Source: Hyaloraphidium curvatum SAG 235-1 (lineage: Eukaryota > Fungi > Monoblepharomycota). Taken from it: DNA of 64,000 bases. Below the pieces are notes generated by a model, which did not search any database, had not been told where the DNA came from, and saw nothing but the letters and a program-made list of their open reading frames with translations. A program made the position numbers and the translations under genes. Location of the stretch: positions 372,001 to 436,000 of the forward strand of contig JAIVFI010000006.1 in the NCBI GenBank assembly GCA_025558095.1, read 5' to 3'. Below, piece after piece: positions 16,301 through 30,360 of this stretch. How positions within the stretch are numbered: the stretch's first letter is position 1; each line of letters begins with the position of its first letter.

Positions 16301-17289
16301 GCCTTCATGCGCTGGAACGCGACCTTGAGGCTGCGATCCCAGGCCGGAACCGTCGCCAGGAAGACGAACATAACCCAGGCGAACGACCACCCGGTCCGGC
16401 CCAGGAGCCAGGCAAAGGCCCCCGAGCCAAAGAGCATGATCCCGCGCTCCACCTGCTGCAGCCACGGGCCCATCCATTTGAGGATCTCGTTCTTTTCCCA
16501 TGTCTCGTCGGCAATGAACTTGTCGAGCAGAGACGTCTCGACCTTGGCAGGGCCAGCTTCCTCCTTCGGGGCATCGTCCTTGCCCGAAGCGGCCGTGTCG
16601 CTGCGGGCGACGGCGGTGTCCGCGGGTTTCGCGGCCGGCGGGGCGGCGGGCTTCGCTTGCGGAACAGCGGGTTTTGCCTGAGGAACGACGCCGGCAGGAG
16701 CAGCCGGAGCTGGCGTCGAAGGCGCGGGCGTTGCGGGCGGAGGCTGCTGGGCGGGTGTGGGGGCGGCCGCGGCGGGGGCTGGCTGCGCGGCGGGAACCGC
16801 GGGCTTTGCTTGCGGAACGGCAGCTGCGGTCGCGGCAGGCGCAGCCGCAGGCGGCTGTGGAACGGCGGGTTTCGCTTGGGGAATGCCTCCGGGAGCCGGT
16901 TGGGCTTGCGGAGGGCTGGCCGGAGCGGCAGCCGCGGGGGCCGCGGACGGGGCCGCTTGAGGCACCGCCGGTTTTGCTTGTGGTATGGCTGCTGGCGTTT
17001 GTGCGGCTGCCGGCTGCGATGCGGGCGGGGGCTGCTGGGCGGCGGCGGGGGCGGCCGCGGCGGGGGCCGGCTGCGCGGCGGGCACGGCCGGCTTTGCCTG
17101 CGGAATGGCGGGCGCAGGGGTCGGGCTCGGCGTCGGCTGCTGCGCGACCGGGGCGGCCTGCGGGGGGGTGCCCTGCGCGGGCGCAGGGACGACCGTTGTC
17201 GGTGGCGCGCCCGCGGGCTGCGCAGCTGGCACCGCCGGCTTCGGCGGCGTGCTCGGCGGCGACGCCGGGCCCGGCGCGGGTGCCGACAT
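13372..17289 (-). CDS. Tricalbin/extended-synaptotagmin-like protein: Pro/Ala repeats, TM hairpin, SMP, two C2 domains, C-terminal DM9 (DUF3421)-like repeats
   Basis: TM 'LFGSGAFAWLLGRTGWSFAWVMFVFLA'; SMP start 'ESMDWFNYFFQKFW'; C2 'GVLRMTIISARNL..DMFSGASDPYC'; DM9-like 'WVAAANGQIPALAIEGG...LYVARVHYGGGIYAGK...KEYEVL'. GT-AG introns keep all parts in frame. Confidence 0.78.
16660..17250 (-). repeat. Coding tandem repeats (PQAKPAVP/AAQPAP units)
   Basis: About six recurrences of 'PQAKPA(V)P' in ORF 16225..17370. Confidence 0.85.
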
Positions 17290-17704
17290 CGTGATTACGC
17301 GTCGCCCGCCTGCGATCGCGTCGGTCGGAAGGCGGGGAGGGCCCGAAGTCGTCAGCCCCCGCTCCTCCAAACGCGGCCGCGACCGGGCAAAAGATGCAAT
17401 GCTGCCTCCTCACCTAGATTGCTCGGCGGCGACGCGCGATGCGGCGTCAGGGGTCCAGGAAGTAGCGCCCCAAAGACGACGGAGCGCGGACCCTGATCCG
17501 ACTTCTGAGAGGTGATCGAGTCCCTGGGCCGCGGCCGGCGGCGCCCCCCCTGGCCGCCGGATATGTGGACAGGCGCTCCGCAGAGATTCGAGAGGTAATT
17601 CTAGTTCCTTTCGCTCCGTTCTGGTGCCACCCCCGGGACGGCGATCGCGCAAATGATGTCATCGGATGCGGTTCATTTTCGCACACGAATCGTCTGTACA
17701 GAGT

Positions 17705-18292
17705 TTACTCGGGCTTGACCGACGCGATCGTCGCGGCGATGCGGTCGAGATCCTTCTGCCCGTCCTGGGTTATCCGGCGCCCGCCATCCGCATCCTTCTC
17801 GAGAACCTGCAAGCGCGGCGGACCATGTCAGCAAGGTGCGCCTCGTCTCGCACCGCGGTGCCACAGACCTTGATCTTCTCAAGGGCCTGCAGAACCTTCC
17901 GCGCAACCGAGCCCGAGCCGACAGCGTGGTGCTTCGGCCTGACCCCGCGCCGCTTCGGGCCGCCGTACCGTTTCCGGACGCCCCCGACGCCGACACCCTG
18001 CCTCAGGTAGATATGCCGGGCGACAGCAGCTGGAGCATGCAAAAATGCAAGCGAGGGAGACGCGGCGGACCGTCAGCCCATCTGTGTCGAACCCACGCGG
18101 ACCGCGCGAAAGCCCACCTGCCCGCACGTAGAACCAGTCGGGGTCATACGGGGCCAGCTCCTTGTACGTGCCGGTCTTGACGATGTCGACCCATTTCGGC
18201 ACCTCGAGCTTGCCGGTCCGCTTCAGGTAGGCGGCGTAGGCCTTGACAAAGGCGGGGGGAGCAACGTCCCGGACCGTGACACCGCCGGGCAT
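17705..18292 (-). CDS. RPS19: 40S ribosomal protein S19 (eS19), 3 coding exons
   Basis: '[10 protein letters not shown]...[32 protein letters not shown]', '[13 protein letters not shown]', '[16 protein letters not shown]'. Confidence 0.97.
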
Positions 18293-18757
18293 CTGACGAC
18301 GGGGGAAGGAGGGAATCCGCGATGAGCTTCCAGCCTTGAAGAAAAGAATGCCCGGCAGCCGCAGGAGGGCTCCGGTCCCGGGGGAGGGTCGCCGCTCTGG
18401 CCTCCACCGAGGCGCCTCCAAAGCAGCGGCAATCGAGCGAGCAAGAAGCAGACCACGCGCCACGTCCCAAGATGCCTTGCCAAGATGGAGGCAGCTCCGC
18501 GACACGAGACGCCAGACGACACACCGCAGGTGGCCCGACGCACGTCCGTCGCCCGGCCCCGGCCACCCAAGTGCCACGCAGATTGCTGCCTGCGCTCCGC
18601 TCCACCCCACGAGGACCAGATGGCCCCTCCCGGAAACCGCAGCGATACGTACTGTGAAGAGCGAGTTGGCGCGAGCGATGGAAGGGACTGACTCGGAAAA
18701 CGATGGGCTAAACCCACAGCGGTAGAGAAAGGGCGTTGTTGCATTCGCACCTCGCCG

Positions 18758-19730
18758 ATGAGCCGGCCCTCTCCCAGCTCCACACCGCCGAGCCGGAAAG
18801 GTCCGGGGCTGCGGAGACGTTTTGTTGCCCGCGCTCATTCGGACCGCCCGCGCAGAAACGCCGTCCCTGCTCCCCTTTGATGCAATCGGCCTCAGCGGGT
18901 CCGCTGGGCAATGGGCCAATGTGGTCGCGCACCTGAAGGTCCGGGGGCCCAACGGGCGTCGTTCCGGCGCGTAGGCAGCGTCTGACGCCCCAGTCTTGCC
19001 GCCGAGCAGAAGAACCGGGTGCCGCTGACCATCGATGACCTCGAACGGGCCGGGTTCGCCAAGCTCGCCGAGCGGCACCCCACGATCATCAACGAGCTCA
19101 AGAGGAGCCCGTCAATAAAGTACGATCCTGCCAAGGGCACGTACCAGTGGATCTTCGAGTACGATCTGCACCGGGGCAAGGAGGACCTCAAGAGGCTGCT
19201 GGAGCTCAACCGGGACAAGCAGGGCTTCGTCCTTGGGGAGCTGATAGAGTCGTACCCCGGGGACCTGAGGGAGGACGTGGAGAAGCTGGAGAGCGAGGGG
19301 TGGCTGTTCCTTCTGCGGGCATCGAACGACTGGAAGAAGGCCAGGATCTACTTCAACGATCCGGGCCTCGCCAACCCCGTGGACAAGGAGTTTCGCGATC
19401 TTTGGGACAATCTGACGCTGCCGGAGGGCGAAGATGACATCGAACGGGAGCTCAAGGAGGCGGGTCTGAAGGCGCTCGGCAAGGATAAGCCGCAGAATGT
19501 CGAGGTGGGCTTCGCGGCTCGGCGCAAGTGGACCTTGCCGACGCGACTGCCTCCTAGGTCCAATCGAAGAAGAAGCGGAGAACGGGGAACCGGAAGATGA
19601 AGATCGTCAATACCCATCTGGAAGACCTTGGCATCGGTTTGTTCGGACGCCTCATGGTTTACCAGTGCCGACTCACACCTCCTCTCCCATAGATTTGACC
19701 AAGGATTACATCGTGCCGCCGAAAGAGTAG
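18758..19730 (+). CDS. TFA2: TFIIE beta subunit
   Basis: Winged-helix region 'IKYDP...Y', 'IYFNDP...[12 protein letters not shown]', basic tail '[15 protein letters not shown]'; start exon inferred. Confidence 0.85.
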
Positions 19731-19788
19731 CGCATTTGACATCGTTGCCTATACCCTCGATTGACTAGAATCTCTGTCGTACCCTGCT

Positions 19789-22700
19789 TTAGTCGTCGTA
19801 GTCCCCACCACTTCGGGCGCGCCTCCCGCGCGTGCCCCGGCTGCGGCTGCCGCGTCCGCCCCGAGCCCGTCCGCGTGTGCTTCCGCGAGATACCCCTCGG
19901 CCTCGGCTTCCCCCGTTGGCTTTCGGATTGGGGCAGCTCGAGGCAAAATGTCCGACCTGCCCGCAGTTGAAGCACTCGCGATCGGCTGCGGCATTGCCTC
20001 CTCCTCCTCCTCCTCCTCCTCCTCGATAGCCGCCTCCATCATCGCCATATCCGCCGTAGCCTCCACCACCTCCGTAGCCGCCGCCGTTCCCGCCACCACC
20101 CCGTTGCTCCGCGGGAGCGGCTTCGTCCATCCATTGGAAGAACCTGCACTGCGAACCAGACTGCGCGGGGTTGAGGTGGTAAGCCGGATTCGAATCTGGA
20201 CGAAACAAAGGGTCCAACCTTCGCACACTTGGCAAAGGGTCTCCCCTGGTTGGGCCCGTCTTTGGTAACCAACTTGGTTTGCGCTATTAGGCCGCATTCG
20301 CAGCGGGGGCGATCGTCCCTCTCTTCCTCATCGTCCAACACGCGCACGCGGTTGCCGATCGGCATTTGCAGCTGCGATGCTTGGTTCCGAGTCGGCTGCG
20401 GGAAATCGGCACATTAGAGAGCAACCAACGCCAGACCTGTGCAAACCAACCGCCTGGCCCTGCTCGTCGACCCACGAGAAAAAGTCGCACTGCGAACCCT
20501 GCGGCTTGCTGCACTTCCAGAACTACAGGTGAACGGTCAGGTGCGGGCCGGTCTTTTCGTTGATCGCAAAATGCTAACCTGTCGGCCGGCATTGTTTGAT
20601 GTCGGTCCGGCTGTAAGCAGCTTGCAAGGAAGGCCGCAGTAGCATGCTGCTGCATTCTCCTGTCCCGGGGGAAAGTCATCACTTCCGTGCCGCGGAGGGC
20701 GCCTCGCAAGCGGTGGCGATTGATCCCGGGGAGCGGCAAAGTACTGCGAGCGAGTCGGATCCGTCGGCTGCGCCGCCTGCGAATTGCGGGACCGCGCCTC
20801 GGCCGGTGGGCGCGGGGCCGCTTGCGCAGGCGCTCTGCGTTCCTGTTGCTGTTGCGGCGGCCCAGGTGGTGCAGCCCGACGCGGCGGCCGAAATTCTTGC
20901 AAGAAACTTGATAGAGCAGCATTGCAGCCCCAAATGCATGTCTCTTGAATGCCCTCGAGTAGCGAGGGAACCTGGGCGGAAGTCAGAGAGCAACCAGCGT
21001 CAGGCATGCGACGCACAGAACCTTGCCGCCGCGAGCGAAATCGATGCGAAACTTCTTGGCCGACACGTTCTGCCGGCGGCAACTGCCGCACTCCTCGTCG
21101 AGCGTTTCGATGCTGTTGACGGCCCCGTCGGGAAACCACACACACTCCTTGCAGTCGGGAAATGCGGTGCATCCTGGGTCTTCTCAGTCCTTGCCGGCCA
21201 TGACGCGGCGAACCAACCCACCGACGTAGTGCTTCCCTTCCCGTGTCGACTTAAGGACCATCATTTGGTTGCACTTGGGACAGTTCCGCACGGGATGTAG
21301 CGCCATTGGTTCCTCCGGAGGCTATGCAGGGTCAGCCCAGCTGCGACGGACGGAGATCGCTGCGCTCACCCCTTGTTGGTCGGGATCCCGCGGGAAATGC
21401 GCCGCCGCAACCTGACAGACGTTTAGCATCAAGACACAAAGGAGATCCGGTGACGCACCTCGTCGATTTTGCCGCCCTGAGCGCACATCCGGTCGAATAC
21501 CTCGCGGTACATGGCGAGCTGGTCTTGGAGCACCTGCTCAGGCGGCTTGGCGCCGTGCTCAATTCCCTTCATGTCTTCCTCCATCTGAGTCGTCCAGATG
21601 AGCTCCAGCTGTAACGAGACGCGAATGGACGCACCTGCCGTCGCAGGTACGGCTTCGAAAGCGAAATGTCGAAACCAAACCCCATGTTGTCGAACGCCTC
21701 GATCAAGGTGATGCCGAGGTTTGTAGGGTTGAGGCGCTGGTTGTTCTCCTTCATCACGTACTTGCGATCCTGCACTTTGGAGATGTGATCGGCGATGGTG
21801 GCGTCTGTTCCGATCCCGCTGCGTTCCATCAGCGTGATCAGGTCGGCTTCCGTGAGCAGCTGTGGCGCTTGCGTCGAGCTCTGGGTCATGACGAGCCGCT
21901 GCGGCTGGATGCGTTCGCCCTGTTGAAAGTTCGGCATTTCGTGATCAGACCACTTGTCGTAGACGTAGATTTCGAGGTAGTTTCGCTCGAGGACAATCAA
22001 GCCTGTAGAACGTAAGCTCCCCGAATAATAGAAGCTTGCAAGGACGGACCGACGGACCTTTTGCGCTGAACACTTCCTCGGATACCTCGGCCTTGATCAC
22101 CGTTTCGGTGCCCCGTGCATCATCAGAGCAGCAGCCCAGAAAGCGCCTTGCAACAAACTCGTAGACCCTCGCCTCATCGCCTTGCAGCGACGAGCCGTCC
22201 TTGACGGGATGAATGGGCGGGTGGGCTTTATCGTCCGTGCGCCCGTTCCTTGGTCTGCGAAACTCTCCCTGCATAAGACTTGCCAGAGGTAAGCGCCTGC
22301 GCTAAGGGCAGCACGCATTCCTTACCGCGCGGCGTATGGTCCCCATCTGGGATCAGTTGTCTGAGCCTGGACCAGAGGTTCGAGGGGCAAGGACGGCTCG
22401 AAGACGCTGGTTTCGGTACGTGGGTAGCTGATGAACCCCTTTACGTAGAGTTCCTCGGCAACCTTCGAGCGCGACAACCTTAGGCCATTCGGCTCGTGAC
22501 AATGGAGAAGAGCGACTAACCTTCATAATGCGATCAGGTGCAATCCGCAGCAGGCGGGATCCTTGCTTCGTCAGTTCGATCGTCGTCAAAGGGAAGGGCT
22601 TCCACTTCGAAGTCGGCCGCGAGTTGACTGAGGTTATTGTAGCCACGGGTTGCTCCATGCACTTTTCGTAAAGGATTGCGCATAGCCTTTGGTCAAAGAG

Positions 22701-23677
22701 GTGGTTGCGTTCCCAGTGGAAGGGCACGGAAGCGTTCCCCTTCCGCAGCTCAAGCTCAATCTTCCAGAACGGCTCCGCGACGAAGGCTTCCATGCGCCTG
22801 TACTGGTCCACGACGAAGCCAAGCGTCGGGAACTGGCACGAGCCTGCGGGAGGACGTCGTGTGAGATGCCGTACCCGGTTTGGAATGCCCCGGTAGCACC
22901 ATAGCTGATGACCTTGTCCGAAAGCGGGGTGTAGACTTGCAAGCGCATGGTGAGCCACCGGGTAAAGGCCGCGCCAAGCCGCAGATCGAGCTCGCTTCGA
23001 ACCGTAACGGCGTGGACCTGGCCCATGTTGAGAGGGCCGAGGTTGTTCATCGCCTGGCGAATCACCCTGGAAGGCATGCGCATGATGCAAAAGAACTAGG
23101 TCAGGAAAAAATGCGACTCACGCCGGTTGTACCACGGAAAACCTCGCCCTGAGGACCTCGATACCGGGCTTGACCTGCGTCACGGCGTCCACAACTTCTT
23201 GACCGATGGCCTCGCCCTCTCGGTCGCAGTCGGTCCAGATCACCAACACGTCAGCAGTTCTGCCGTAGTAGTGCAGGTTCTCGACGATCTTCTCCTTGCC
23301 CTGCGCAGGGAGTCAGATCCCTGCGCGACAGAAGCGAAGCAGTCGGTACCTCTTCAACCGACTTGACAATGGGAGCCCCGAACAGCTGGCCCGGGTGGCA
23401 GCTGCTCCATTTCCGGTACGCCGCTCCGAAGTCGGTCCTCATAACATGGCCCGCAACCGCGGTCACGATGACCTCCTGATTCCGGCCGCGGAACTGGTAG
23501 CTCAGTCGCCAGGTCTTCGGGTGGCCCCTGTTGCTCTGAGGGCGGCCCCAGATCTTCAGCTCGAAGCCACGTGGCAAGCCGGGCGTCCCTCACAATCATC
23601 GACGCCGAGTTGCTCAGGCCGCGGGCCAGCTGCTCTGCCACGGACGGCTTCTCCGCGACCATGAGAATCCGGCCCAT
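19789..23677 (-). CDS. TOP3: DNA topoisomerase III alpha with C-terminal GRF and CCHC zinc fingers
   Basis: TOPRIM 'ILMVAEKPSVA', 'TAVAGH', 'IWTDCDREGE', 'GFISYPRT', 'GIGTDAT'; GRF 'CECG...GPNQGRPFAKC...CRFFQW'; CCHC 'CFNCGQVGHFASSC'. Confidence 0.95.
19997..20023. repeat. (CCT)9 microsatellite encoding poly-Gly in the TOP3 tail
   Basis: Read directly from the sequence. Confidence 0.9.
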
Positions 23678-23982
23678 GTTCAGGCTGTGCGGGCCGCGGG
23701 CGCGGCCTTTTTTCGCAGCTTCCTGCGCTCCCGCCCGTATGCTAAATGCCCATTCTTTGCCGATGGTGCGCCAGCGCGCGAGGAGTCGGAGACGTTGCGT
23801 CGACCGCGGTCAGTAGTGCGCGCGTGACGGAAATCCCACCAACCACGACCGGCGGTTTCGCGGGGCCGCTCCGCCGGAAGCAGACGCCGCCGGCCGCGAT
23901 TCTGCGTCTCCAACGTTCAGACCCGCGTCGGACGAGTGGACGAGTGCCGAGAGCGCGTGGGAAGGCACTACCGACGCGCACA

Positions 23983-26166
<2,184 letters not shown>

Positions 26167-26216
26167 CGAAAGCTGGTTTTGGATTGCTAATCTATTGAGC
26201 TGGAACTGGATCCGGC

Positions 26217-26842
26217 TCAGAGACCGCTCATGTTCCTGCCGGGAGGTCCGTCAGCCAAAGTCGCGTACGAGTCGCGTCGACGGCCCCACCTCGGATGGAA
26301 TTGTGCCTTATCCGAGTCCTTCGTCCGGTCCACGTGCGACTTTACCCAGTTGGCCACGTCCGCGCCCGTTTTGAGGTCGGCATTCTCGCCGGTCGGGATG
26401 TGGAAGTGGTAGTACTCCGCCAGGTCGTACTTCATTTCCGCGATGTCGTGGTCCTGCATCAGAAAATCGTTCCGCAGGTCCTGGTTCAGGTTAGGCTGGC
26501 GGTGGCGGCGCCGCTTCAGGGATGGCCTCCCGGGGTGCCAGAAAGGGGCGCACCGTGGACTTGTCGAACTTGGACAGCGAGTTCCGGAAGGCCGTGAGCT
26601 GCTCCAGCACGTAGTTGGGGATGGCCTCGCCGCCCGTCCTGGCGGCGGCGGCCGCGTCAGCCTTCTGGAGCGGGCTGCCGGCGGGATGCGGCGTACTTGG
26701 CCTCGAGCAGCTCCGCGAACTCCTCCGTGTGCAGGAGGAAGCGGAAGCGGTACGGCGTCCGCACGTGCGAGCCGCCCGTCGCGTAGCTCCGCACGAGCGG
26801 CGCCCGCTGGAACGCTCGCCGGATTGCCCGGGACGACAGCAT
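26217..26842 (-). CDS. Mitochondrial-targeted acyl-carrier-protein-like (or mL50-like) small protein
   Basis: Presequence-like 'MLSSRAIRRAFQRAPLVRSYA'; 'DLRNDFLMQDHDIAEMKYDLAEYYHFHIP..ENADLKTGADVANWV' follows the ACP helix pattern. Confidence 0.55.
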
Positions 26843-26964
26843 TGTGTGTGAACAGTCTGTCTGGCGGTGTGCACGGAGCGCCGCGCGTGTTGACGAACGC
26901 TGACTCTCCGTTCAATCTGGTCGTGCGATCGCGCGTCGCGGGCAGCAAAGTGGTATCTTTTCTC

Positions 26965-29900
26965 CTAAGTCATGTACACGACCGCCAGACGGTTGATCTT
27001 GCTGTATACGTCCGCGCTCATCCGCATCTGCATCTGCCCCGCGAACATGACGACGTTGTCCGCCATCATCCGGTACTCGCGTGCCGCCCTCACCCTCGCC
27101 GGGTCCTGGTAGCTGGCCTGGCGCACCGCCTTCCACAGCCTGTACAGGCAGTCCATGGTCGCGAGGATGATCGTGGGCATGTTGCGCTGGATGCTCTCGT
27201 GCAGGTTGCCGACGGCGTCGGCGGCCCGGCGGATGGCCGAAACCTCCTCCGGGGTGGGGTTGGCATCCGCCCGCGACGCCCGGCTGCGCACGTCGAGGGG
27301 GAGGATCCCCAGGTCGATCTGGTTCTGCAGCGCGCTCTCCAGCTTGGCCTCCTCGTAGTCGCGCATGAACTGCAGCAGCGCCACTAGCACCGCGCACGTC
27401 TCGCGCTCCTCGGGCGAGACCCTTGCCGAGATCGTGGGGTTGCCGTCGTAGTAGGCCGTGAGCTCCGCGGCGATCCGGAGCGCCTCCTCGATCGGGGCCG
27501 TGCCCGCGCTGCCGATCGCGTCGCCGAGCGACTGCCGGCCAAACGCCTCGAGGCCGGCATCCAGGCCCACGCCCGAGACCACAAAGTGCCTCTGCGCCAG
27601 GGTCTCGCCCAGGTACCTGTTGATGAGCCGCATGACGGTGTCGTAGTCCTCGGCCAGGTTGTACAGCTGGATGGCGTCGTTGAAGCGCCCGCCGTCCCGC
27701 TCGGCGCGCTCGGCCGCCTTTTTCGTGATGCTCTCAATGAACGCCGCCGAGGTCCTGAGGTTGAGAAGGGGCGCGTACCGCTCCAGGAGCCCCGGCGCCC
27801 GCGTGCCGTCGGGCCTGACACTGCCCAGCAGGGCGAGGAAGTCCCGCGTGTCGAGGACGAGATCGCGCACGTAGCGGTGCGCGAGGGCGTTGTAGGCCGC
27901 GGCGCGGCGCTGCTCGGCTTCGCCGGCGCCCTGGGCCGGCCGGCCGTAGATGCAGATGAGGAAGAGGTAGTGCAGGGCCTTGCCGGGGTCGGAGCGGTAG
28001 AAGGAGCGGGTGTACTGGTGCATGAGGCGGGCAAAGTCGAAGTGGGCGAGGCGGTAAGGGGGCAGCACCGGAGCCTGCGGGCGCGCGGGCTGCCGCGGGA
28101 AGCCGCCGATTACGGGGGTGGTGGGGAAGGCCGAGGGCGGGGGGTCCCGCGACGACGAGTCCGCGACGTCCAGCTCCGAGACGAGGTCCGCGTCCAGCGT
28201 GAGCGGGGTGTCGGGCACGCGCAGCACGCCGGCGTACGCCATGGCGATGGCAAAGTGCACGGCCTCGACCTGGTACGTGTCGATCGAGTACAGGTAGTGC
28301 GCCGCGCGCTCGAACTCGCCGCAGGTGAGCAGCACCATGAACCACATGAGCTGGTTGCCCTGGCTGCCCTGCGGGTTGAAGTACTCCGGGCCGTAGCGCA
28401 GGAACTGCCGCGCCATGTCGCGCATGGTGTAGGACTCGCCGAACGCGTCGGCGGGGTCGGGCAGCTCCTGGAGCAGCACGAGCTGCAGCCACAGGTAGTC
28501 CTCCGTGCCCAGGATGACGAACGGGCCGGGTATCATCTTGCGGTTCAGCTCGCAGCGGCCCAGGATCTTGTACACGGCGAGCTTGAACGGGTCCCCGAGC
28601 TGGTTGCCGTTGACGTCCTGGCCGTTCTTGATCTTGATGCGCTGGTTGTACTCGGCCGCGATCTGGTCGCGCGTGCTGCGGTCCGCCACGCCGTCCGGGT
28701 TGTCCAGCAGGTTGACCCACGACGCGAGGTAGTTGACCAGGTTGCGGTCCTCGTACCGGTCGAAGTCGGCGCGGACCGACTGCGCGAACGCCAGGGCCTC
28801 CCTCGCCTGGCCCATGCGCAGGAGGTAGTACACCATGGCCCACAGCGGCGTGCCCTGGAACTTGCCCGCCGACGCGACGAGCTCCAGCGTCGGCAGCACC
28901 CAGCGGTCGCGCATGCTGAGCATCAGCTTGATGTAGGCGCGCGCCTTGGGCGCGTAGCCGGGGTCCGAGCCGACCTCGGCCTCCCTCCTGTTGGCGTCGA
29001 GCTTGGCCTCGACGATGCGCAGGAACTGGGCCTCGTAGAACTTGCGCGCGCTGGTCGCCAGGCGCCGGCGGAAGGCCGCGGCCTCCGGGGAGGAGAAGGC
29101 CGTGGCCTGCGCGTCGTGGCTCCGCGCGAGCTGCCGCTCGCGGTCCACGGGGCCGAGCAGCTGCGAGAGCAGCTCCCACGACAGCTTGAGGAACGAGTCC
29201 TGCTTGGCGGGCGGCTCCAGGTTCTTGCTGGTCTCGGCTAGGCGCGCGAGCAGGTCGAACTTGGCGCTCTGCAGGCGCGCGTCGTTGAGGGCCTCGACGA
29301 CGGACGAGTACTGGTTCATCTTGGTGAAGAGCTGCACGCCGCCTGGAACGCGTGCTAGGAGTCAGGATTGCTTGGATAGCGTGGGAACAGACACTCGCCT
29401 GCCTGCGTGCCCTCGAGCAGCTGCTGGCCCGCCGACGGGACGGGGCCCGAAACGGCGGCGCGCGGGCTCGTCGGGCTCGCGGGATACGCGCCGGGCGCGG
29501 TCGCCGTGCTCGTGCGGATGGCGACCTGGTTCCTCGGCGTGCCTGGCCAGGGAGGTCAGACGTTGTCGCCGGGCTAGAGGCGGACACGCACCCGACGCGG
29601 TGCGAGCCAGCCCCGGCCCACCATCGGGCCTAGCGGCGGCGACGGCCATGGACGACGGCGGCCTGTGCTGGCCCAGGTCCTCGAAGATGCGCTGCTTCGC
29701 GTGCTCCCAGGCGCGGTACATGCCGCGGGTGGCCAGGTCGTCCAGCTCATCCCACGTGCGAGCCTTCTGCGCGTCCAGCGCGGCCATGACGGCGTCGTTG
29801 TGGCGCCGCTCGAGGAACTGCTCGAGGTCGCCCTCGGACACGGGCGGCACGCTCCTGAATGTGCGGTCGAGGTCGACGCCGCCCAGCGCGAGCAGAACGC

Positions 29901-30123
29901 GGTCGGGGTCGAAGTCGCGCTTCGCGAGCATGAACTGCGCGCGCGAGTCGAGCTGCGGCGCGCCGTCGCGCGCGGCCTTCGAGGCGAGGCGCCGCGACAC
30001 GGCGGCGATCTCGGCGAGGTCGCGCTCGAGCACGGGCAGCCCGCCCGGCCCCGCGTGCGCCGTCAGCTCGCGCGACGCGGCCAGCAGCGCGGACAGCCCG
30101 CCGGCGGCGCCCCCGGCCGCCAT
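26965..30123 (-). CDS. NIC96: Nucleoporin Nic96/Nup93
   Basis: 'LPVLERDLAEI', 'PLWAMVYYLLRMG', 'DPFKLAVYKILGRC', 'TEDYLWLQL', 'VEAVHFAIAM'. Confidence 0.95.
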
Positions 30124-30360
30124 TCTAACGCGTCCAGCCGCACAGTTGAGGAGAACGGTGAAGTCCCTTGGGCCCACAGTCCCGCCCAACCAAATGGCCC
30201 ACTCCTGGCTGTGAGGCCGCAGCCAGCGGCGGACGGTGCTCGGCCGGTGTTCGCGCGTGCTGCCGCAGCCGGCCTCGGGTACACCCGCCCCCCTGTGCGC
30301 CTCGACCCCCGCAGCCCCCCCTCCCCCTCCCACCCGCTCCCCCCCTTCCCCACACCCGCA

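Noticed and set aside
27586-29587. Long antisense and alternate-frame ORFs (551 and 617 aa) over NIC96, and similar ones elsewhere
   Set aside because: They are shadows of high-GC codon usage with no domain signal.
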